This document shows, piece after piece, positions 16,804 to 25,591 of a DNA stretch of 64,000 nucleotides; position 1 is the first letter of the stretch; every line of letters begins with the position of its first letter. Origin of the DNA: a bacterium (GTDB lineage Bacteria; Elusimicrobiota; Elusimicrobia; UBA1565; UBA9628); NCBI GenBank assembly GCA_021782205.1, contig JAJXVH010000009.1:3432-67431 (forward strand), written 5' to 3'. Made by a program: the position numbers and the translations under genes. A model generated the notes under the pieces. That model saw only the letters and a list, made by a program, of their open reading frames with translations, searched no databases and was not told the DNA's origin.

Positions 16804-17976
16804 ATGATTCCCGCGCTTACCCTCTTGCTCGCCGCGGTTCCTTTGATGGCCCAGGATGACATGTCCTCGGCCGCGGCCGACGACCTTGTCAGCCAGGCGC
16901 GCGCGACGGCGACGCGAAATTCGGCGGCGCCGGCCGCGGGTGCCCCTGCGGCGTCGGCCCCGGCGTCGGGCTCCGCGGCCGATTCCTCCGGGTTTTTGAC
17001 GCTGGAGTGCGGTGCAAACGGAGAGCTTCTATCGCTGACGGGAGGCGGCGCCGCCTCTTCGTCGTCTTCTCCTGATCCGAACGGGCGCATGCAATTGACG
17101 GATCGCGCCCGTTCGCTCGACAGCAACCGCTCGGGTTCGTATTCCGTCGCCGAACTGCGCCGGATCGTTGACGACGCGGTTCGCTGGGGCGCGGATCCCT
17201 ATCTGGCCGCCGCGATCGACGTGCATGAGAATTCCGTTGCGAACGGGAACCCAGAGAACAACGATCTGGACTGGATGATTCATCAGCCCGCGCTTTTAAA
17301 CGCCATGGGTTGCAACGGCGTCGATGCCGCCGGTCGGCCCGTGAACGCGGCGGCGCCGACGTTTAATCTGGCTCCCGGCGGCCCCTCCGGGGGCCGCGCG
17401 ACGACGGTCCGGGCCTGCCTTCCGGAGGTCAAGGACCCATGGACTTCGCTGGTGAAGATTCCGGGGCTGATCTTCGACCCTGGGCCGGCCGGCGGCGGCG
17501 TGCTTGCGGGTTGCTGCGCGAACCTTGAAATCCCGTCGGCTTTGAGCGACACCGCAAATCCCCAGGCCAACGCCAAAATCAATGCGCTGTTCAAAAATTT
17601 CGTCGCGACGCGGGCGGTCAAAGAACTTCAGGCGCAGGCACCGGAGCGCGGGGCGGTTTTCGCCATTCAAAGCTGGAACGGGCACGGCGAGGTGCGCACT
17701 CCGTATGCGTCGATCTACAATCACCTGGACATGGGGCGCTGCCCGGTCTACGGCAACGCCGTCGCGGACGTGATGACCAACATGTTGATGAACAATCCGG
17801 AGTTCGTGGACTTGGTCCGCCAGGCGCGGGCGAAAAACGGGGAGCGGCAGCCGATCAGCATTTTCTGCCTGGGCCGCCGGGAATTTTCCTCCACGACCGT
17901 CCCGCTTGATCCCGGCCAATTCGCCGCGCGGGAGCGGGCGTACATGGCGGACCCCGGTTGCCGGGATGCCCGCTGA
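16804..17976 (+). CDS. Secreted protein of unknown function (weak SLT/lytic-transglycosylase-like motif)
   Basis: Signal peptide MIPALTLLLAAVPLMAQDD followed by an Ala/Ser-rich linker. The segment GADPYLAAAIDVHENSV faintly resembles the SLT catalytic-Glu region. Several Cys residues are present. Confidence 0.5.
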   Translation: MIPALTLLLAAVPLMAQDDMSSAAADDLVSQARATATRNSAAPAAGAPAASAPASGSAADSSGFLTLECGANGELLSLTGGGAASSSSSPDPNGRMQLTDRARSLDSNRSGSYSVAELRRIVDDAVRWGADPYLAAAIDVHENSVANGNPENNDLDWMIHQPALLNAMGCNGVDAAGRPVNAAAPTFNLAPGGPSGGRATTVRACLPEVKDPWTSLVKIPGLIFDPGPAGGGVLAGCCANLEIPSALSDTANPQANAKINALFKNFVATRAVKELQAQAPERGAVFAIQSWNGHGEVRTPYASIYNHLDMGRCPVYGNAVADVMTNMLMNNPEFVDLVRQARAKNGERQPISIFCLGRREFSSTTVPLDPGQFAARERAYMADPGCRDAR

Positions 17977-18045
17977 ACGCCGTCGCCGCCGGCGGTACTC
18001 GCGCGCGGCGGCCGCGCGCAGGACGGCGATCTTCTGATAGAATCC

Positions 18046-19173
18046 ATGTCCACTGACATGAAAGGCAAGATACTCATCGTCGACGACGACGCGAACATCC
18101 GCGAGGGACTCAACGACATCCTCGACGCCGAGGGCTACGAGATCGCCCAGGCCGGCTCCACCGCGGAGGCCCTGGCCCAGGTCCGCAAGGCCTTCTTCGA
18201 CGTGATCTTGATGGACTACAACCTGACCGACGGCACCGGCATCGACGCCATCCGCCAGATCCGCGGCATCAACGTCGACAGCCAGATCCTGATGATCACG
18301 GGCAACGCGTCGCTCGACACCGCGGTCAAGGCCATCCAGGAGTCCGTCGACGACTTCCTGACCAAGCCCGTCAGCCCGGACCTGCTCAAGCGCGCGATCG
18401 CCAAGTCGCTGGAAAAGATGAAGCTGCGCCAGGAAAACCGCCGTCTGATCGAGGATCTCAAGAAAGCCAACGAGCAGACCGCGCGCCTCTCGGCGATGAA
18501 GTCCAAGTTCATGTCCATGTCGTCGCACGACTTGTCGAACTCGCTGATGACTTTGCAGGTCAGCTTCGAGATGCTGGCCTCCACCATCAATCCCGACGAG
18601 GACCAGAAGAAGCGGATGTATTACATCGCCAACGGCATCCGCCAGCTGGCGCGGCTCATCGAGGACCTGGTCGACTGGGCGTCGATCGAGCAAGGCAAGT
18701 TCCGCCTGGAGACCAACCTCTTCGACCCCGGCGCGATGATCGAGGAGATCGTGGTCGGCCCGCAGACGCGCGCGCAGGCGCGCGGGATCAAGCTGATCGT
18801 CGAGGCGGCCAAGGGCCTGCCCACGCTCAGCGCCGACAAGAAGCGCCTGGTGCAGGTCTTCAACAACCTGATGGAAAACGCGATCCGCCACACGCCCAAG
18901 GGCGGCACGGTCGCGGTGGGGGCCGCGCGCGACGGTGCTGCGGTCCGCTTCTGGGTGCGCGACAACGGCGACGGCATAGCCCCCGCGGACCTGGAGCGCA
19001 TCTTCGAAAGCTTTTATCAGGGAACGGGCTCCTCAGGCGGACGGTTGGGTCTGGGTTTGTCGATCTCGCGCGAGATCGTGCACGGCCACAAGGGCCGCAT
19101 CTGGGTGGAGAGCCCCGGGCCGGGCAAGGGGGCCGCGTTCCTGTTCACGATTCCGGTCGGAGCCGTCTCTTGA
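18046..19173 (+). CDS. Hybrid response-regulator/histidine kinase (N-terminal REC, HisKA, HATPase_c)
   Basis: ILIVDDD...VILMDYNLTDGTG...LMITG...DFLTKPV; H-box MSSHDLSNSL; NLMENAIRHT, DNGDGI, GLGLSISREIV. The start could instead be ATG 18058, because an extended -10 TGATAGAAT ends at 18043. Confidence 0.85.
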   Translation: MSTDMKGKILIVDDDANIREGLNDILDAEGYEIAQAGSTAEALAQVRKAFFDVILMDYNLTDGTGIDAIRQIRGINVDSQILMITGNASLDTAVKAIQESVDDFLTKPVSPDLLKRAIAKSLEKMKLRQENRRLIEDLKKANEQTARLSAMKSKFMSMSSHDLSNSLMTLQVSFEMLASTINPDEDQKKRMYYIANGIRQLARLIEDLVDWASIEQGKFRLETNLFDPGAMIEEIVVGPQTRAQARGIKLIVEAAKGLPTLSADKKRLVQVFNNLMENAIRHTPKGGTVAVGAARDGAAVRFWVRDNGDGIAPADLERIFESFYQGTGSSGGRLGLGLSISREIVHGHKGRIWVESPGPGKGAAFLFTIPVGAVS

Positions 19174-19198
19174 CACGCCGGGAAAAAACCGTTATCTA
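19170..19198 (+). promoter_or_regulatory. Possible sigma70-like promoter: TTGACA, N17, TATCTA
   Basis: The -35 overlaps the stop codon of the upstream kinase. It is followed by GAGGAG and ATG 19243. Confidence 0.35.
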
Positions 19199-19242
19199 GG
19201 ACGTGCGGTAGGCCGCCCGTCACGACGCCTGAGGAGAATAGA

Positions 19243-19926
19243 ATGGCTGCGAGCAAAGCTGCGCCGAAGAAGCGGGTGAAGGTTCTGATCGCCGACGACC
19301 AGACCTTGTTTCGCGAGGGCATCAAGGACCTGCTCGACGGCGAAAAATCCATCGAGGTGATCGGCGAGGCCGCCGACGGGTTGGAGGCGGTGCGCCTGGC
19401 GCGCAAGCTGCGCCCCGACGTGATCCTGATGGACATCAAATTGCCGCACCTCGACGGCGTCTCGGCCACGCGCCAGATCCGCAAGGAACTGCCCGCCACC
19501 AACGTGCTGATCCTGTCCAGCTACGAGGACGAGGCGCACGTGATGGAGTCCATTCAGGCCGGCGCCAACGGCTATTTGTCCAAGATGCTGCCGGCGGCCG
19601 AGCTGGTCAACGCGCTCAAGGCCTTCGCCAACGACGGCGTGATGATTCCCCAGCAGGTGATGGGCAAGCTCTTGCAGGGCCTGCGTCAGATGTCCGAGGG
19701 CGGCGGTTCCTCGCCCGTCGCGCTGACCAAGACCGAGATCCGCGTGCTGGTCCTCTTGGGCTCCGGCCAGTCCAACAAGGAGATCGCGGCCAAGATGGAC
19801 TGCTCGGTCAAGACCATCAAGAACCATCTCAACGCCGTCTTTCAGAAACTGGAGGTCAGCAACCGAACCGAGGCCGTCGTCAAGGGCATCGAGATGGGCC
19901 TGATCTCTCCGGAAGAACCGAACTGA
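19243..19926 (+). CDS. NarL/FixJ-family response regulator (REC plus LuxR-type HTH)
   Basis: VLIADDQ...DVILMDIKLPHLDG...LILSS. HTH LTKTEIRVLVLLGSGQSNKEIAAKMDCSVKTIKNHLNAVFQKLEVSNRTEAV. Confidence 0.85.
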   Translation: MAASKAAPKKRVKVLIADDQTLFREGIKDLLDGEKSIEVIGEAADGLEAVRLARKLRPDVILMDIKLPHLDGVSATRQIRKELPATNVLILSSYEDEAHVMESIQAGANGYLSKMLPAAELVNALKAFANDGVMIPQQVMGKLLQGLRQMSEGGGSSPVALTKTEIRVLVLLGSGQSNKEIAAKMDCSVKTIKNHLNAVFQKLEVSNRTEAVVKGIEMGLISPEEPN

Positions 19927-19979
19927 AGCGCGAGGAATTCGCCGCCCAGTGCGAGCGCGGCGCCGCGCAGGCGGCGGCG

Positions 19980-20972
19980 TTGCCCGTCACGTCCGCCGTG
20001 CTGCGCTGGACGTCCGACCAGCTCAAGCGCGGCGAGCCGCCGTGGTGGAAAGCGATAGCCAAGGCTTGGGACAAACGCCGCTTCGTCGCGTGGACCGAGG
20101 CTTGGGGCCTCTACGTGTCGGCGCTTCACTACGAGGCCTTGAGCGACGCGCAATCCCCGCTCGTGCCGTATTTTCCGTCCTGCGGCGGCACCGCCGAGGC
20201 GGAGCCGGCGACCGGGCTGGCGCGTTTTTTCGCCGCCGCGCCGGGGTCCTTCTACGACAACCTGAGCCGGCGCCACCGCCGCACCTACATCGCGGCGCGG
20301 TCGCTCTTGTGGATGAGCCCGGCCTTGCTGTTCTTTCAGCGCAAGCGGCGCCTGCCGTATTACCTCGTGCAAATCAACGCCGGCGCCGGCCTGGACATGG
20401 CCGCCGACGTGCTGTCCAAGACGAAGGGCTTCGATTCGGGGCTGATCGCGGCGCGCATCGGGCTGGACCCCGAGCCGCTTGACACTTCGGACCTGATCCA
20501 GCGCCGTTGGCTGACCGCGGGCGTGTGGCCCGATCATCTTCCGGGCATCGCCGATCTGGACGCGGCGGTTGAAGCGGTCAAGGTCCGATGCGCCGCCGAG
20601 AGCTCCTTTCTGCAGTTGGCGCCGTGCTCTCCCGAGAAGGCTCCCGCGTTCCTGGCAAAAAACGTGCCGAACGACGACGCCGACGTCGGCCTACTGGTGT
20701 TCAACATGGCGACGACCTCGCGCATGGACGACGCCGAATACGCCGCCTATGCCGCCGCGATGGCCGCGACGCTCAAGCCCTGGGGCGACCGCGGCCTGTG
20801 GATCGAGGCCGAGCACGTGCGCGGCGAGAGCTTCCCGACGACTCTGCAGCTGCGCGCGCACCGCTTCGTTGGAGGCGCTCCGCGCAGCGCGGTGCTGGCC
20901 AGCGTGGATTTCGACGCGCGCACCCACGTCCATGACGACGCGGCCGCCCAGGCGTTCCTGTCCGTCGCGTGA
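19980..20972 (+). CDS. Hypothetical protein (possibly DUF2332-like; weak recollection)
   Basis: Coding-looking frame with a TTG start, so the start is uncertain. Segments INAGAGLDM and RRWLTAGVWPDHLPGIADLDAAV vaguely recall DUF2332. Confidence 0.4.
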   Translation: MPVTSAVLRWTSDQLKRGEPPWWKAIAKAWDKRRFVAWTEAWGLYVSALHYEALSDAQSPLVPYFPSCGGTAEAEPATGLARFFAAAPGSFYDNLSRRHRRTYIAARSLLWMSPALLFFQRKRRLPYYLVQINAGAGLDMAADVLSKTKGFDSGLIAARIGLDPEPLDTSDLIQRRWLTAGVWPDHLPGIADLDAAVEAVKVRCAAESSFLQLAPCSPEKAPAFLAKNVPNDDADVGLLVFNMATTSRMDDAEYAAYAAAMAATLKPWGDRGLWIEAEHVRGESFPTTLQLRAHRFVGGAPRSAVLASVDFDARTHVHDDAAAQAFLSVA

Positions 20973-21011
20973 GCCGCGCGGCCGCGACACCGAAATTTTA
21001 CCGCTCCGGCC

Positions 21012-21039
21012 TTGATTTTCCGCGGGACGCGGCTATAAT
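21012..21039 (+). promoter_or_regulatory. Sigma70 promoter: TTGATT, N16, TATAAT; ATG 6 nt downstream (leaderless)
   Basis: Consensus -10 at 21034-21039. ATG 21046 follows with no room for a Shine-Dalgarno sequence. Confidence 0.55.
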
Positions 21040-21045
21040 CCGGTT

Positions 21046-23994
21046 ATGACGCGCCCGTCGACTGTCGCCTTTCTGGCGGTGTTTTTTTTCGTCACCCCGG
21101 CGAACGCGGAAGACCAGTTGACGACCGTTCTGGCGGCGGTCCCGGCGGACAATTGCGGTTCGGCGGCGGGCGCGGCTCGCCTGTCGTGCGCGCAGCGCAA
21201 GGCGCAGGCGGCGGCGGAGAGCCTGGAGCTCTTCGCGACGCGCGGCGAATCCCTCCGCGACCGCGCGGCGGCGGCGGACGGCATCTCCCCGGAACTGCGG
21301 CCATTTTTTAAGGATCGCGCATCGTCTCTCAACGCGCTGTACCGGACTTTGGCGGTGCTGGACTATACGGCGGCTTTGCGCGACGGCGGCGACGCGTGCC
21401 GGGCGCGCGCTCGCCGCGGGGCGCTGCTGAGCGCGCCGGACGGGCTGTTCACCGACCCGAAGACGGGAAACGCCTCGGCATGGATCGAGCGCCTCGTCGG
21501 TCCGGCCGCGTTGAAAAAAACGTCCGAGGCGGCGTTGGATGAAGCGGGCGCGTCCGTGCCTTCGCCCCGAGACGCGGCGGGCTACGCGCGCCTGCGCGCG
21601 CGTGCGCGGCGCTTGAGCGAGGAACTGCTGAGCGCGGGCGAATCGGCGGGCCGGCGTTGCGGGCGGGCGAAGGTCTACGAGGCCCTGGCGGCGGCCGACG
21701 CGGAGCAGGGCGGCGCGGTGCTCGCGTCTCGGGACTTGTCTCCAGCGCGCCGAACCGGCCGGTCCGTACTTCTGCTGGCGCATCCGGGCGACGGTCGCAT
21801 CGAGGCATTGGGCGCTGCGACGGCGGTGGAGACGACGTCGGGAACGTTCTTGGTGACGGACGCGCGGCTGGTGGTCGACGCGCAGGGGCGTCCGCGGCCG
21901 GGCCTGGAGGTCGCGGCGCGAGACGGCGCGGGGCTGGGACGCTTCACGTCCATCAAGTTTACGCGGGTCGACACGGCGTCGGGGCTGGCGGAAGGTCCAG
22001 TGCCGGCGGGCGTGAGCGGTCTTCGTCTTGCCTCCCGCGCGCCAGCGGAAGGCGCGCTGATGAGCGCGACGGCGCAATCGGCGGCGGCGGGATATTGGGG
22101 CCGGACGACGGGCTTGGTGACGCGGTCGTCCGGGGACTGGTTCGAAACGGACGCGGCGGCCGACGACGCGATGTCGGGCGGAGCGGTGACGGACGCGGAC
22201 GGCGCGTTGGCCGGTCTGCTGGTGCTGCGGCGCGCGGCGGACGGACGGCCGTGGCCCGCCGCGGTGAGCGGCCCGGCGCTGGCGCGGTGGCTTGCGGGCG
22301 GCGAGGTCGGGGCGTTCGCGTCGTCGGGGCGCGGCGAGGGAACGGCGTCGCTGGTGGAGACGGGGCTTGCGGAGGGCCAGTCGGTGCAGGACGCGGACTG
22401 CAACGGCGAGACGACGATGGTGATGGGCCAGGCGATTCACGCGGAGTGCGCGGCCGACTGCACGGGCTGCGGCGCGCCGGCGCCGGCGCTCAGGCCGGCG
22501 ACGCCGCAAAGCAGCGCGCCGAGCGCTCCCGCGGGGCCGGACTGGGCGCAGATCTACGGGGCGCAGATGGGTCGGATGATCGGCCAGTATTTCGGGAACG
22601 TGCTGACACAGGCCTTGTTCGGCGGCGGTCCGGCCGGGCCGGCCTACGCGGCGCCCGTCGCGCCGTCCGCTCCGCCCAAGCCGAAAAAGCCGCAGGACGA
22701 ACTCAAGATCACGGGATTGAGGCTGACCGTCAGTCCGAGCGCGGCGAAGCTGGGTGACAGCGTGGAAGTGACGGCGCAGTTGTTGTTCAGCGATGAGGAC
22801 TATCCAGACAAGGCGAACGTGGACGTGGACCTGAGCGCGCCGGAAGGGACGTATTTCATCGACCGCATGGCAGGCCAGGGCCTCGACGCGGCGGAGGAAG
22901 GCGACCGAAACGTCACGCTCCAGACGGACGCGAGCGGGCGCGCGCGGGCGCGACTGCGGATCGAGAAAATGGACGCCGCTCAACCCCGGGTGGCCGACGA
23001 CAGCGAAAACGACGACGCCGGCAACGCCGATGAGACGAACGCCTCTTCGCCGTTGCATCTGCCGTCGAGCGTGGCAAGCGCTGGCCTGGTGATCCTGGCG
23101 ACGGCCCAAGCTCCGAACCGGCGCTTTCAGGCGCGCGCGGTGATTTGCTCCGTCGGCGCGTCCGGTTGCGGCGTCGATCGATCAGTCGCGGACATGCAAC
23201 TGACGGTCTCGCCGTCCGGTCCTCTGCGCCGCGATCAGAGCGTCGTCTTGAGCGCGACGGTCAAAATGTCGGACGGCGGCGGCGCGCCGGGCGTGAAAGT
23301 CGCGTTTCGAGGCCGCGACGCCGGGGACGTGCGGTTTGCGACGGGCGACGAGGCGACGGCGATCACGGACGAGAAGGGCGTGGCGCGGGTGACGGGCCGG
23401 TTGTGGCGGGCCATCCCGGCGGGGAAGACGGAGGAGGAAGTTAAAGCGGAGGTCAAGGACGCGCCCGAAGGCGGCGCTCAGACCGCCGGGGTCTCGGCGG
23501 CGGCCGTGGTCCTGATCGCTACCGAGGAATCGGACGATTGCCCGATCAAACCGGGCGAGGACCCGCTACGCCGGTTCGTGGATAAGACGGGGCTGGCACC
23601 GGGCTACCTGGAGAAGCACGAGGGGCCGGACCTTGGACACACGATCGAAAGACACGTGGCCAAGTCGCTGGCATATTTAACACATCGCGTGGTTGAAGAG
23701 AAATACGAAGAAGCGAGCACGTTCAATGATCTGCCGACGGCCGAAAATATTATTCGTAGCATAGCCCAAGCGAACGGCCCGGAGATTGTCCTATGGTTTA
23801 ATTCGCCCAATTCACGTGCAAAATCTCAAGATTTTGAAGATGAGTCCAGCAAGAGTGCGGATTCCCCCATTGGAATTCTGATTTCAGCAACCAATCCGGA
23901 CCAACCGCAACAGTGTTATAAAGCACGCATCGTCCTAAGGCGCAAGGGCCGATGCGATATCTTCATCTTGACGGCGTATCCGAAGAGGCAATGA
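21046..23994 (+). CDS. Large secreted polymorphic-toxin-like protein: signal peptide, Ala/Arg-rich region, two Big_1-like Ig repeats, C-terminal RNase A-like (CdiA-CT type) toxin module
   Basis: Signal peptide MTRPSTVAFLAVFFFVTPANAED. Ig-like LTVSPSAAKLGDSVEVTAQLLFSD and LTVSPSGPLRRDQSVVLSATVKMSDGGGAPGVKVAFRG. C-terminus GHTIERHVAKSLAYLTHRV...ASTFNDLPTAENIIRSIAQANGPEIVLW...ARIVLRRKGRCDIFILTAYP. Composition drops sharply from about 23600. Confidence 0.7.
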   Translation: MTRPSTVAFLAVFFFVTPANAEDQLTTVLAAVPADNCGSAAGAARLSCAQRKAQAAAESLELFATRGESLRDRAAAADGISPELRPFFKDRASSLNALYRTLAVLDYTAALRDGGDACRARARRGALLSAPDGLFTDPKTGNASAWIERLVGPAALKKTSEAALDEAGASVPSPRDAAGYARLRARARRLSEELLSAGESAGRRCGRAKVYEALAAADAEQGGAVLASRDLSPARRTGRSVLLLAHPGDGRIEALGAATAVETTSGTFLVTDARLVVDAQGRPRPGLEVAARDGAGLGRFTSIKFTRVDTASGLAEGPVPAGVSGLRLASRAPAEGALMSATAQSAAAGYWGRTTGLVTRSSGDWFETDAAADDAMSGGAVTDADGALAGLLVLRRAADGRPWPAAVSGPALARWLAGGEVGAFASSGRGEGTASLVETGLAEGQSVQDADCNGETTMVMGQAIHAECAADCTGCGAPAPALRPATPQSSAPSAPAGPDWAQIYGAQMGRMIGQYFGNVLTQALFGGGPAGPAYAAPVAPSAPPKPKKPQDELKITGLRLTVSPSAAKLGDSVEVTAQLLFSDEDYPDKANVDVDLSAPEGTYFIDRMAGQGLDAAEEGDRNVTLQTDASGRARARLRIEKMDAAQPRVADDSENDDAGNADETNASSPLHLPSSVASAGLVILATAQAPNRRFQARAVICSVGASGCGVDRSVADMQLTVSPSGPLRRDQSVVLSATVKMSDGGGAPGVKVAFRGRDAGDVRFATGDEATAITDEKGVARVTGRLWRAIPAGKTEEEVKAEVKDAPEGGAQTAGVSAAAVVLIATEESDDCPIKPGEDPLRRFVDKTGLAPGYLEKHEGPDLGHTIERHVAKSLAYLTHRVVEEKYEEASTFNDLPTAENIIRSIAQANGPEIVLWFNSPNSRAKSQDFEDESSKSADSPIGILISATNPDQPQQCYKARIVLRRKGRCDIFILTAYPKRQ

Positions 23995-24365
23995 CGATGC
24001 CCTCTTTCCTCAATAAATATAATAATTTTTCGGGTATTTCATTCGAGTTTCATTATCGCGAGGGGATTGAAAATCCTCTTGACGCGCCAGCGCGTTCTGA
24101 CCGCCAAATAGCGTTGGACCTGCTCTACAGAAGCGGAAGCTCGCCGTCGTTGCTAGTCATTATAACGCGGTGGTTGCGCGATTTGATCCGCGAGGCGCAT
24201 CATATCCGAGCGGACATCCAGCAGAACTGGCAGGAACTCAAGCATGAGGTTAATCGTCCGTTCAACACCGCCGAGGAAGCCAGCGCGTGGCTGGATGAGA
24301 TCATCGAGGTTTGGGAGACGGAATTGAAGCGCATCGAGGGCGCGTCCCGAAGACAAGAGCCATGA
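23991..24365 (+). CDS. Candidate cognate immunity protein (124 aa, no recognisable family)
   Basis: ATGA overlap with the toxin stop and ATGA overlap with the next gene. It shares the AT-richer composition of the toxin tip. Small, acidic, helical-looking. Confidence 0.5.
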   Translation: MTMPSFLNKYNNFSGISFEFHYREGIENPLDAPARSDRQIALDLLYRSGSSPSLLVIITRWLRDLIREAHHIRADIQQNWQELKHEVNRPFNTAEEASAWLDEIIEVWETELKRIEGASRRQEP

Positions 24366-25591
24366 TTGAAATGTCCCCGGTCGGCAAACGGAACGTCTCG
24401 ACGCTGCGTTCGCGGCTTTCGCGCGCCGGCCAGATCGTCATCCCCGCGATGCTGATCTTCCCGACGCTGTTCCTGTTCGTCTATCTCATCTACGAGACGG
24501 CGAAGCTCTCGCGCGAGAAGATCCGCCACCAGTTCGCCATGGACGCCGCCGCGTTCGTGGAGATGGCCAACTACTCGGACTTCCTGAACCGTTCGGCCTA
24601 CGTCAACGGGGCGTTTCCCATGCGCATCTTCGAGGAGGGCTACGCGGGCTTTCCCGCCGACTGCACGGGCAAGGTCGCCAACTGCCAGCAGAAGTCGTAC
24701 GCGTCGATCCTGTTCGACAACGGGGCGTTTCCGCACCTCGGCCGCCAGTACATCGATGGACATAAGGCGGAGGGAACCGCAGATTTTATCGGTAAGACGT
24801 CCTGGACGATCGAATACGGCTATAACAGCGACGGTAGTCCCACGTCGATCGCGCCGCAGTCGAACCGCACGACGATGAACGAGAATCCGCCGCAGAGCGT
24901 GGAGCCGTTCGTGCTGTTCTCGCTCAACGACGCCAATCACTTCTGGCACTCCTACCAATTGGCGACCGAGATCTACAAGCTTTGGTATCAGGTCTACTCC
25001 CTTTTGGGCTCGGTCGAGGACGCGCAGTACCAGGTGCTCACGCGCCTGACCGGAGGCCCGCCGCCGCACAGCTTCCTGCAGAAGTCCTACTGGCTCAACA
25101 CGGGCGACAGTCCCAACGACGCCGCGCAGCTCGCGACGACGTTCGGCAATCAATTGGGCAACTTCAACGGCGCCGTCGGCGTGCTTTGCCAGCAGACGCT
25201 GTTGTATTGCGGCAACCAGCACCTGGGCGGCACCGGACTCCAGCCCTATCGCCCGGAGTGCGCCAACCCCGTGATTCAATTGCAGTCCTCGGCGGGCTGC
25301 GGCGGAGACATGAGCGGCGGCAGCGGCGGACTCTTTCAGTTGGTCTACGTCAAACAGCAGATGATCTCGAATCTCAACACGCCGCACGGCGGCGGCAACT
25401 ATCCCGGGCTGTCGCTGATGATGAACTGGACGTATCCGTCCAGCAATTACTTCAACGTCAATTGGGGCCAGGAGTTCGGCAGCGCCGGTCCGCAGTTGCA
25501 CACCACGATCTCCCTTTCGGGCGATCCGAAAAACGCCCCCGCGGTGTGGCCGGACCCCACGCCGCTTTTCCAGGTGAGGCAGTTCCCGTGA
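24362..25591 (+). CDS. TadG-like minor pilin / pilus-associated protein
   Basis: N-terminus RAGQIVIPAMLIFPTLFLFVYLIYETAKLSREKIRHQFAMDAAAFVEMA fits the TadG-like N-terminal pattern (G-Q, a TM helix, then ..LQ.AaDaAAla..). Confidence 0.6.
   Translation: MIEMSPVGKRNVSTLRSRLSRAGQIVIPAMLIFPTLFLFVYLIYETAKLSREKIRHQFAMDAAAFVEMANYSDFLNRSAYVNGAFPMRIFEEGYAGFPADCTGKVANCQQKSYASILFDNGAFPHLGRQYIDGHKAEGTADFIGKTSWTIEYGYNSDGSPTSIAPQSNRTTMNENPPQSVEPFVLFSLNDANHFWHSYQLATEIYKLWYQVYSLLGSVEDAQYQVLTRLTGGPPPHSFLQKSYWLNTGDSPNDAAQLATTFGNQLGNFNGAVGVLCQQTLLYCGNQHLGGTGLQPYRPECANPVIQLQSSAGCGGDMSGGSGGLFQLVYVKQQMISNLNTPHGGGNYPGLSLMMNWTYPSSNYFNVNWGQEFGSAGPQLHTTISLSGDPKNAPAVWPDPTPLFQVRQFP

Noticed and set aside
21800-22260. 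Trypsin-like serine protease domain in the 982-aa secreted protein (…DDAMSGGAVTDADGALAGLLV resembles GDSGGP...G.vvGi)
   Set aside because: Only the Ser-region resemblance is visible. The expected His motif reads TDARLV rather than TNAHV, and no Asp motif could be placed. This is too weak to call; at most it is a degenerate fold.
20998-23109. 703-aa minus-strand ORF opposite the toxin gene
   Set aside because: Extremely Arg-rich nonsense (RRRRRAAARAVGRALR...). The + frame has a promoter, signal peptide, Ig repeats and a toxin domain.
24982-25587. N-terminal part of track ORF 24982-26088. Similar upstream extensions occur at 2160-2306, 5004-5084, 24311-24361, 28781-28906, 33222-33299, 51406-51429 and 3303-3338.
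   Set aside because: The extensions overlap the preceding gene or run through a promoter. They lack protein-like sequence. Internal starts with an RBS, stop-overlap coupling or a signal peptide are better supported.
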